Translations under genes and position numbers: made by a program
Shown here: positions 28,488 through 36,417 of the stretch, in pieces
Numbering within the stretch: the stretch's first letter is position 1
How the letters are laid out: each line of letters starts with the position of its first letter
NCBI GenBank assembly: GCA_029210805.1
Contig: JARGGA010000003.1
Location: forward strand, 1-36,417
Direction: 5' to 3'
From: Candidatus Thorarchaeota archaeon
GTDB taxonomy: Archaea; Asgardarchaeota; Thorarchaeia; Thorarchaeales; Thorarchaeaceae
Length of the DNA stretch: 36,417 nucleotides
The notes under the pieces: generated by a model
Seen by the model: only the letters and a program-made list of their open reading frames with translations
Told to the model about the DNA's origin: nothing
The model's database searches: none

Positions 28488-30083
28488 ATGTCAGATTACA
28501 GGGCGTTAAAACGAATGAAGGCCATAATCGTAATCCTAGTGCTTCTATTTCTTGGAGCATTCTTCCAAGTGGAGGCTAGCACTGAAAATGATCAGCTTGA
28601 ATTGATTGATTTCTCGAGCTACTTCGGAGGCTCTGGTGATGAGTCAATGGGGGCTTCGTATGCCTTTGGAGATACTGTTGATGATTCGATGGGGAACATC
28701 ATTTTAGTTGGAGCAACTTATTCTGAAGATTTTCCAATAAAGAATGCCTATCAGGACCACCTCAATGGCAATAGAGATAGTATCATCGCAAAATTCCATC
28801 CGAATGGTTCGCTTATTTTCTCCACATATTTTGGGGGCTCTGCTCAAGAATTGATTACAGGTGTAGATGTTGATTCAGAGGATAATATCATTATAGCAGG
28901 CATAACTGGTTCTCCAGACTATCCACTGGTGAATCCACTCCAATCAACTTTCACGGGAGGCAACGAAGGGAATGCGGATTGTTTCATCACCAAGTTCTCA
29001 CAAGATGGTCAATCCCTTCTGTTTTCGACTTTCTTTGGTGGCACATGAAGCGATTGGTTATATGCTTTGGATATCGATTCCAATAACAGAATAGCTATCA
29101 CAGGTACTACTGAATCCAGCGATTTCCCATTACTAAATTCCAATCAAAGTACAAATGCTGGTTCGCTCGACGTCTTCCTCTCATTTTTTGAGGCCGATGC
29201 ACAGTCTATACTGTTTTCAACCTATCTGGGTACGACAGGAATTGACCATGGGCGAGCGATTGACTTTGATTCCCAGGGAGATATTTTACTCGCAGGGATG
29301 ATTGCAAATGGAGATCTTGCAACAGACGGGGCCTATCAAGAGGAATACGGGGGTGGGACTTCTGATGCTTTTCTAGCAAAGTATCAGACAAATGGTACTT
29401 TGGAGTACATCACTTTCTTGGGAGGTACATCTTCTGACACGGCTAATGACATGGCAGTAGACAGTAATGACAATGTCATACTCACTGGCTATACAATGTC
29501 TGATGATTTTCCGATTCTCAATGCCATTCAAGAAGAGCGGGTTGAGCGATCAGAGATGTTCATTACTAAATTCACTCCAAATAGTCAAAGTGTATCGTTC
29601 AGTTCTTATATGGGCGGCTCGTCTGCAGATTACGGTAATGCTGTCAAAGCAGACTCCCAAAATCGCATCATCGTTACGGGTCAGACTTCCTCGAATGATT
29701 TTCCGACGACATACACTCTGAACAGTACTGAGTCAAGGTATGACAATGTATTGCTTGTGGTGTTGAATCAGGATGGGACACTCCTCTTCTCAACATTATT
29801 TGGAGGAACGTATGATTATGTTGGTATCGGAGTTGCTTGGTATTCAAATGACAGTTACATAGTTGTAGGTTACACTGAATCTACCGATTTTCCAATCTAC
29901 CAAGCCTATCAAGGGACACATAGTGGAAGCAATGACATGTTCATCATGAAGATTAACCTAGAAGGCTTGATAGATCCGCGACAGGTTGAATTTACATTTG
30001 GCATCATAGAAGGCAGTATTGTGATTGGGACAATAGTAGTTGTCATATTACTAGTTCTGTTTGTCCGGAGGAGAGCAGGATAG
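28488..30083 (+). pseudogene. SBBP-repeat beta-propeller surface protein interrupted by one in-frame TGA (29046-29048)
   Basis: Repeated FSTYFGGS..D...I..DS...I.I.G.T.S.DFP units continue in frame across FFGGT*SDWLYALDIDS; signal peptide and C-terminal TM helix. Confidence 0.8.
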
Positions 30084-30101
30084 TATTGCTGACAACATGA
30101 T

Positions 30102-30195
30102 GGTTCGTTGTGACTACGTTACACCGGAATCTGGATTGTCATTTCCACCATCATAAAAGGAATCTCGGTTCGTTGTGACTACGTTACACCGGAAT
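30102..30195. repeat. Two identical 29-nt imperfect-palindromic repeats with a 36-nt spacer
   Basis: GGTTCGTTGTGACTACGTTACACCGGAAT at 30102-30130 and 30167-30195. Confidence 0.9.
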
Positions 30196-30233
30196 ACTCT
30201 TCCAGAGGTAAGAGATGAGTCATGAATTGAGTA

Positions 30234-31157
30234 TCAAGCATCACTAAACAACAGCTTAAGTATTGCCATTCTTGTCACCACACCATTATAGACTTGGTCA
30301 AAATACCTTGCTTGTGGCAACGAATCAACATCAGAATCAATCTCATCAACACGTGGGAGTGGATGAAGGATAATTGCATCTTTTCTCAATTTCTCTGCAT
30401 CTTTTTTGGTTATTTTGAACTGCCCAGCAACCTTGTCGTATTCTCTGATGTCTCCGAATCTTTCTTTTTGTATACGTGTTTGATAGATAACATCGACATC
30501 CTCGGAAACAGCCTCTTCTATACTATCGACCTGTTCAACTGAGATGCCCTTCTTCTTCATCTCATCCACGACTGCGGGTTTCATTCTGAGTGATGGTGGA
30601 GCTGCAAGTCTGATTTTGACGTTATAATGAGACAAACCCATCCCTAGGGAGTGAACCGTTCTACCGTATTTCAGGTCTCCACAGAGCGAAATGGTAAGGC
30701 CGTCTATCTTTCCTTTCATTTTCTTGATTGAATACAGGTCGAGTAATCCCTGAGTAGGATGCTCTTCGGCACCGCTTCCTGCATTAATGACTGGAACGGA
30801 GGAGAACTCTGCAGCAACCCTTGCTGATCCATCAAGTGGGTGTCGAATAACAATCAAGTCTGCATATCTTTCTACAGTGCGGATGGTGTCTGCGAGGGTT
30901 TCCCCCTTTACCCCTGCACTGGTTGACATAACATCTGAGAAACCCAAAACGCTACCGCCTAGACGATGCATTGCACTCTCAAAAGACAACCTGGTTCTTG
31001 TAGATGCTTCGAAGAACAAAACCGCCATTATCTTGTCGTGAAGGTCTGTACTGCGTTTTACGGCAACATCTTCCATCTTTGCCGCGGTATCCAAAATTAG
31101 GTCAATGTCCTCTCGAGAGAGGTCGTGTATACTTATCAGATTCTTGAATTTTCCCAC
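30234..31157 (-). CDS. pyrB: Aspartate carbamoyltransferase catalytic subunit
   Basis: FFEASTRTRLSF, HPTQ, GDLKYGRTVHSL and HPLPR; GTG 31157 preferred as the start. Confidence 0.96.
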   Translation of the reverse strand: MGKFKNLISIHDLSREDIDLILDTAAKMEDVAVKRSTDLHDKIMAVLFFEASTRTRLSFESAMHRLGGSVLGFSDVMSTSAGVKGETLADTIRTVERYADLIVIRHPLDGSARVAAEFSSVPVINAGSGAEEHPTQGLLDLYSIKKMKGKIDGLTISLCGDLKYGRTVHSLGMGLSHYNVKIRLAAPPSLRMKPAVVDEMKKKGISVEQVDSIEEAVSEDVDVIYQTRIQKERFGDIREYDKVAGQFKITKKDAEKLRKDAIILHPLPRVDEIDSDVDSLPQARYFDQVYNGVVTRMAILKLLFSDA

Positions 31158-31236
31158 ACTGCTTCGCCTCGTAACAGTCTGGGATGATTGACCCCATTGA
31201 TTGCTCTTTAAGTCTTCTTGAAAGAATGCGCCTCTT

Positions 31237-31713
31237 CTATTTGCCATTGATACTATGCTTTCGGTCGATATCAACCTGTCTGAAAATAAGATTTGATTGC
31301 TCAACGAGCTCCTTTGCAAGTTTGTCCTCATACCCTTCCATATAGATGACTTCAGTAATTCCTGCGTTGATTATCATCTTGGTGCAGATACTACATGGCT
31401 GCGTAGTGCAGTATATCTTTGCACCTTTCACACTAACTCCATGATATGCTGCTTGAATGATGGCATTCTGTTCTGCATGCAGTCCTCTACATAACTCATG
31501 ATGTGTTCCGGACTTCACTCCCATGCGCTGGCGCATACAGCCCCCCAGCTCTTCGCAATGGGGCAGACCTTTTGGGGCGCCGTTGTATCCGGTTGAGAGT
31601 ATCTGTGAATCCTTTACTATGACCGCACCGACATTATTCCTCAGACACGTACTTCGAGTACTTAGTAGGTCTGCAATCTCTGAGAAGTATACGTCTTTGC
31701 TTTTACGGGTCAT
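31237..31713 (-). CDS. dCMP deaminase (ComEB family)
   Basis: RSTC, TGYNG, HAEQNA and PCSIC. Confidence 0.92.
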   Translation of the reverse strand: MTRKSKDVYFSEIADLLSTRSTCLRNNVGAVIVKDSQILSTGYNGAPKGLPHCEELGGCMRQRMGVKSGTHHELCRGLHAEQNAIIQAAYHGVSVKGAKIYCTTQPCSICTKMIINAGITEVIYMEGYEDKLAKELVEQSNLIFRQVDIDRKHSINGK

Positions 31714-31862
31714 ATGAAACTGTGCTCCTTTGTTAACCGATGGCTGTTTGTGTTTCTCTTATGAAGTTCTTTATAGTACACTTAAGCCCCAAGGGAAAGG
31801 TAAAAAGAGTACATTTTGAAGTCAAAATAGATTTCCCAACACAATTGGAGCGCCTCGTACCA

Positions 31863-32231
31863 ATGAGAGAGAAGAAAGGAAAACTAATCATCTGGCCTGC
31901 ATACTTGGATTCCAAACTCACACGTGGAGAAGGCAGACGGATTCCTATCAATCTTGGTGCACCTGATGTGACCGCGGACATACTGAAGCAGTCCGCAGAT
32001 ATGAGAGGTCTCGAATCTGAGATTGAGCAAGGCAAACGATACCCTCGTCAGGCAGTGGATCGAGGTGGATATCTTGTCATAGAGAATCCCGAGGGCCACA
32101 AGAAGAAACGTCTTCTCTTGATGCTGGCAAAAGGCGTACGCAAAATAGTATCAGAGCGAAAGGCTGCCAAAGCCGCTGCTGAGCTAAAGAAGACCAAGGG
32201 GAAGAAAGGCAAGAAGGGTCGCCGAAAATAG
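31863..32231 (+). CDS. srp19: Signal recognition particle protein SRP19
   Basis: IIWPAYLDSKLTRGEGRRIP and KRYPR; Lys-rich tail; start ATG 31863. Confidence 0.93.
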   Translation: MREKKGKLIIWPAYLDSKLTRGEGRRIPINLGAPDVTADILKQSADMRGLESEIEQGKRYPRQAVDRGGYLVIENPEGHKKKRLLLMLAKGVRKIVSERKAAKAAAELKKTKGKKGKKGRRK

Positions 32232-32243
32232 AACGAGCCACTT

Positions 32244-32489
32244 GTGGAGTTGAACCTTATGAGAAGACTAGGAAAGGTACTACAGGTCACAAAACGAGGC
32301 TCCGTGATAGTTCAGACGGATAAAAGCCCTCCAATTGGCGCCAAAGTTGTTGACAAACAAGCTCAACCAATTGGCATTATTCAGGATGTTTTTGGCCCAG
32401 TCAATAATCCCTATGTTTCAATCCGTTCAAAAAATCATGAAAAATCTCTGAAGCTAATAAACCAAATTGTCTATTTGTACAAAAAGTAA
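32244..32489 (+). CDS. gar1: H/ACA RNP protein Gar1
   Basis: RLGKVL...PPIGAKVVD...IGIIQDVFGPVNNPYV; alternative ATG at 32259. Confidence 0.9.
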   Translation: MELNLMRRLGKVLQVTKRGSVIVQTDKSPPIGAKVVDKQAQPIGIIQDVFGPVNNPYVSIRSKNHEKSLKLINQIVYLYKK

Positions 32490-32674
32490 CAAGAAAGAAA
32501 TTGCGGTAAACGTACATTATTATACATCCGTGTCGAATTGTAGCCGACAATCAGCGAAAGCGACATGTCGTTACCGTATGTTTTATACGTGGCCGCGTTA
32601 ATTGTTTGGATTGTAGCGCACTCGGAAAAGTCGCCTTTTCCGGCCTCGTTACGCTGTTGTCATGCCCAGAAGGT

Positions 32675-33022
32675 ATGTCAATGAAAAAACTATTCGACCA
32701 GATTCTCAGCGCTTTACGAGCTACAGGTGGAAAAGGCATGATCATTGACGAAATAACCTCCTTGCTCGACATTGACACACAAACCGCAGCAGATGCAATT
32801 GAAAAACTACTCAAGGAGAAACGAATCAAAATGGAAGATGCCCGATACTTACTACAGCAAGACGCGATGGGCGACGAGGCAGAAAAGGGGAAAGTAGGCG
32901 ACCTAAATGGTTGTCCTTGTTTTCAATGCCATAAGCTATTACTCTGTGGGGTCCGACAACCAGACTCGCCTACTAAGTGCAAAGAAATGCAATATTGGAT
33001 GATAGCATCCGATCAAGCGTAA
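32675..33022 (+). CDS. TFE-beta / RPC34-like protein (wHTH plus Fe-S Cys cluster)
   Basis: N-terminal wHTH; C-terminal PCFQC-x5-C-x7-SPTKC...W pattern; located downstream of gar1. Confidence 0.75.
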   Translation: MSMKKLFDQILSALRATGGKGMIIDEITSLLDIDTQTAADAIEKLLKEKRIKMEDARYLLQQDAMGDEAEKGKVGDLNGCPCFQCHKLLLCGVRQPDSPTKCKEMQYWMIASDQA

Positions 33023-33239
33023 AGAGATGCAAGAGTAAAAGGTACCCGCCTCTCACTCTACGGTTGTCCATGCTTTCCACGAGTGAGAATCACCAAGTGC
33101 AGTGAGTTTTCATCCAAGTCCGGTTAACGATTGATACTGAACAATAGTCACAATGAGGCAAGTTCCTCATCGGGGCCAATCGTGGTAGGAGGGTTGAGTT
33201 TCGTAATTGAGGGAAGCCACGTTACAGAGAGCAGGCGGA

Positions 33240-33267
33240 AGCGTGACCAAAGAGCGTGACCAAAGAG
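33240..33267. repeat. 13-bp tandem duplication (gcgtgaccaaaga x2)
   Basis: Units at 33241-33253 and 33254-33266. Confidence 0.85.
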
Positions 33268-33701
33268 ATTGTTTATCTCCGAGAGTTCCTTCAATAGTAT
33301 TGGATAGATTTCTATCGTCAATGTAGTACATGCTCATACTTTCTTTACATCTTGAGATGTAGATAAACTCCTAGAATCTATGCCAATATTCGCCCTGGGG
33401 GTTGTAGAGCAATGAGGAGATGCACCAAGATGACTAAGACTCTACTGCCTTCCTCCCCTCAGATATAGCATGCTCAATATTATTTGTGAGTGTATCAAAT
33501 TCTTTTTCTAATTCATGACGTTTGTCTGAATCGGCTTCAGATTTTGTTTTTTCCGCAAGTGGTTCCAACTTCCTAAGTAGATGCTTCGCTTTTTTGAGAT
33601 GACTACTTCCCTCATTTAATTGATCTTTTTAGATATTTGAACATCCAAATGATTTATGAGTCAGTGCAAATACAAACGTGATATTTGAGGGAGTAGAAGA
33701 A

Positions 33702-34934
33702 TTGAGCCGCTCTGAAAAAGATGTTGAACTCGATGATGATCTGGAACCAATAGTGATTGAAGCTAGAAAGCTTGTGACTTCTTGTGAAGATATATTGAAG
33801 AAACGTGACCTGACCGAAGAGGATTTCAAAATAGGATTTACACAAGCTCTTCACGAATCACTAAGGCAATTGGATATAGAGCATTCAGTTAAGTTTGAAA
33901 AGAATGTGTTTAAATCACTAAGAGCGGACGCTCTTTATCCGCAGCTCATGATTGAATACAAGAAGCCAGGTGTGCTTTCAGATATTCGATCAGTAGAGAA
34001 AGTAGTAGAACAAATTAGTGAATATCTCAAAGGAATCATGAAAAAAGAGCCGAATAGAAGACCTGTTGGTGTCGCAATGATGGCAGCTGGGGCATTTGCC
34101 TGTGCTACCGGAGGAGTTGTTGGCATTCCATCAATTCTATTTGGTCTTGATATGGTCACCAGCAACACACTTGGTCATTCTGTCTTGGATGTTTCCTTGA
34201 AGGGTATGCTCCTGATAGGTCTGTCCGGCGGAGGTATCATGTCGGACATGCGAGGTGGATCATCGAGAGATGTATCGTTTGTATTTGAGGAAGGATTCAG
34301 CTTCTTCCAGTTCACTGGCGACCATCTCACGAACCTCATCCTGACTCAGCTGACGTTCATGATAGTAGGAGCTGCTTTAACGGGCTTCTCTGGACTTTCG
34401 CGTTTCCTAGTCCAGCAGATAGAGAAAAATCCCGGAACGGGGGGAACTTTCGCATCCCTGACGGAATCTGGTACTGCCGGTTTGAGGGATATCATGGACC
34501 TTGCTTCCAAAGCCTCTGGTCTTCCAAATACAATGCTATTAGCAGAATATCTTCTACACAACGCACAACATCTCATCACTGGAGCTGTCTTCCTCTACAC
34601 CCTTGGTGCAATAGGTAGTGCATTTGGTGATGCCGGATTGATAGCTGAGGTATTGCTTCAAGTGGCTATTCTCGCTCAGGTTACACTGGGAGTATATTAC
34701 TCTTGGAAGTCCATGAACTACCAAGAAGAGGTTTCGAGCTACAAAGAGGTCAGTGAACAGTTCGGGGAACTTCCTGATACTGTGAACACCATCAAACTCC
34801 GACTCCAATGGAGTGCCCTAGAACAAGCATCAAGAGAATACGGTTACTTCACAAGTCGGTACAAGATGGTAGCACTAGGTTTGAGCATCGGAACAATTGC
34901 TCTGCAATATGCTACGATTGCCGGAAGCCTTTAG
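33702..34934 (+). CDS. Chimeric protein: restriction-endonuclease-like PD-(D/E)XK N-terminus plus a Gly/Ala-rich multi-helix hydrophobic region
   Basis: RADALY...IEYKKPG motif, then an abrupt switch to hydrophobic sequence after RRPVGVA. TTG 33702 follows GAGGGAG. Confidence 0.55.
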   Translation: MSRSEKDVELDDDLEPIVIEARKLVTSCEDILKKRDLTEEDFKIGFTQALHESLRQLDIEHSVKFEKNVFKSLRADALYPQLMIEYKKPGVLSDIRSVEKVVEQISEYLKGIMKKEPNRRPVGVAMMAAGAFACATGGVVGIPSILFGLDMVTSNTLGHSVLDVSLKGMLLIGLSGGGIMSDMRGGSSRDVSFVFEEGFSFFQFTGDHLTNLILTQLTFMIVGAALTGFSGLSRFLVQQIEKNPGTGGTFASLTESGTAGLRDIMDLASKASGLPNTMLLAEYLLHNAQHLITGAVFLYTLGAIGSAFGDAGLIAEVLLQVAILAQVTLGVYYSWKSMNYQEEVSSYKEVSEQFGELPDTVNTIKLRLQWSALEQASREYGYFTSRYKMVALGLSIGTIALQYATIAGSL

Positions 34935-34958
34935 TCAGGAGGATGGGAGGGGAGGAAC

Positions 34959-35801
34959 ATGGGAATATTTGAGCAGGTCGTTGAACTGGCATCATCGACA
35001 AACAGAAATTCGAGGATAGATAGTCTCGCGGCTCTAGCTCAATCCTGTGTGAAACACCCACCTCCGAAGCTCACTTCTTCAGAGCGTGAGTCCTTGCTAC
35101 AAAAGGCAAGAGAGTTTTTCGAGGAGCCGGACTACTTATCCAGTGAGAGCATAGTGTATATCGTCGCACAAGCCTCAGAACCAGAGGATATTCACCATAT
35201 CGAAAATCATGAGGTGTTTAGGTACGAAGGCGAACCTGAAGGATTCGCCCGTTTTGTATATCAGAATGATTTCCATAGTCATATATTGGGTCATTGGGGT
35301 GTGTTTCAGAAGGGCGAGGTAGTTCTCCTTCGGGATACCTGTACCGTTCTCTACGGCAACGGGAACCTCCGGAGGCGTGGATATATCTTTGTGACAGACA
35401 GGAGAGTCATCTTCTTGGGAGAGGTCAGAGGTCTATACTCGGAGCACTCGGACTCCACACGATTCTTGTACGATGACTGGGAACAACTCCCCTACCTTCA
35501 AAACTACGATTTTATCAATCTTGACCAGATTGTGAATATCGAATCCAAGTGGGGATGGACAAGTCGAACACTCAGTATAGACTGCAAGGTAAAGCACGTT
35601 GTTGAGAAGAGCCGTACCATATTCGGTCCATACTTCTTCAAATGGGATTTGCCAAAGACACATGACGTCCGAGAGGGACTGGTCAACATCAAGGTCGACC
35701 TTGATAGATTCCAATTCGTGAATTTTCCAAAGGATTGGAGAAAGATTCGTCAGGAACGGATTGTCGAAGTCGTGCGAGATAGAATGTCTGCTTTGCATTG
35801 A
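34959..35801 (+). CDS. Hypothetical protein with a PH/GRAM-like domain
   Basis: GEVVLL...RGYIFVTDRRVIF...INLDQIVNIE pattern; strong GGAGG RBS. Confidence 0.6.
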   Translation: MGIFEQVVELASSTNRNSRIDSLAALAQSCVKHPPPKLTSSERESLLQKAREFFEEPDYLSSESIVYIVAQASEPEDIHHIENHEVFRYEGEPEGFARFVYQNDFHSHILGHWGVFQKGEVVLLRDTCTVLYGNGNLRRRGYIFVTDRRVIFLGEVRGLYSEHSDSTRFLYDDWEQLPYLQNYDFINLDQIVNIESKWGWTSRTLSIDCKVKHVVEKSRTIFGPYFFKWDLPKTHDVREGLVNIKVDLDRFQFVNFPKDWRKIRQERIVEVVRDRMSALH

Positions 35802-36322
35802 GCACGTAGGATGAGCAGCCAACTCCTTATTACCAATCCTCATGGAAGCAGCTTTTATCCATACCCCACTCTCTTCTCTGTATATCCCTTGCAATTCATC
35901 ACTTAAATTCCATTCTGACCTACACATATTTGGTGATCATAGGAATGGAAAAAGGCATGTTCATAGATGACCAAAGGACTCTGAAGAAATCTAGGAACGA
36001 ACAGGGACCGCAAGTCCCCCCACTCGTCCGACTAGGAGCTGAGATACTAGAGGAGGACGACTAGTATTCGGCTTTGGCAGTGATGGCGCCCTCCGGTTTG
36101 TCATTGGACAACCAGCGGCAACTAAGAACAAACAAGGGATAACAAAGTGCACGAACTGTCAAGCAGCAATCTAGTCATTTAATCCGTCATTTTCGAGAGT
36201 AGAAAACGTTTCAGACCAAGTTGACAGACTTTGACGATGGAGAATTTGAACTAGAATCATGCAAACAGATCGGTCCCCGACACAGTGGAACCCCGCACCC
36301 CATCTCTGGTTAACCATACTGA

Positions 36323-36417
36323 AGTAAAGGAAGTATCGAGATTGACGAAGTGAAACCAATCAATCAGCAGGTCTCTACAATCATCCACGAGGTAGCACAT
36401 GAGTACATGAAACACGG
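36323..36417 (+). pseudogene. Fragment of a HExxH zincin-like domain (ArdC- or ImmA/IrrE-like), running off the window
   Basis: Hand translation SKGSIEIDEVKPINQQVSTIIHEVAHEYMKH, with in-frame stops just upstream (36311, 36320). Confidence 0.5.

Noticed and set aside
10867-30083. Genome-wide TGA recoding or selenocysteine, suggested by the two in-frame TGAs
   Set aside because: Conserved genes here (korB, acr3, pyrB, cdrS) end at TGA at their expected C-termini. The two sites imply different residues and neither is a redox Cys position.
30102-30195. A bona fide CRISPR array
   Set aside because: Only two repeats, no leader, no cas genes and no typical repeat terminus. Kept as an unclassified repeat.
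31158-31331. N-terminal extension of PyrB
   Set aside because: It overlaps the dCMP deaminase 3' end; recognisable PyrB sequence starts at GTG 31157.
31740-31862. N-terminal extension of SRP19
   Set aside because: It spans the divergent promoter region; the family motif starts after ATG 31863.
35433-35927. 164-aa minus-strand ORF and other antisense ORFs nested in recognised genes
   Set aside because: They are shadows of better-supported genes on the opposite strand or in another frame.

Overview
Archaeal chromosomal segment, most consistent with an Asgard archaeon (Thorarchaeia-like). This placement is inferred from gene content and was not tested. The backbone carries cdrS-ftsZ, an Sm/Lsm protein with a C-terminal domain, korB-korC, a Urm1/SAMP-type ubiquitin-like protein, the H4MPT C1 genes mch, fwdC and ftr, tRNA-Thr(GGT), tRNA-Pro(TGG) with two BHB introns, acr3, pyrB, dCMP deaminase, srp19, gar1 and a TFE-beta/RPC34-like gene. 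Main unexplained structures: (1) two downstream copies of the tRNA-Pro 3' end delimit two tandem, integrase-free mini-islands; (2) both paralogous membrane-anchored Asp-box/YCF48 beta-propeller genes lie about 40 nt behind an ORF ending YVTLPG..GGG..LP[DE]-stop, one of them an unannotated 27-aa peptide; (3) a DUF4430/exported protein/ECF S-component/wHTH operon has a 22-bp palindrome next to its TATA box; (4) a 29-nt palindromic direct repeat encloses a 36-nt spacer; (5) two genes are split by single in-frame TGA codons; (6) the degraded right end holds a PD-(D/E)XK-like domain fused to a hydrophobic region, a PH/GRAM-like gene and a HExxH remnant. All family calls come from motif recognition by eye; no searches were run.
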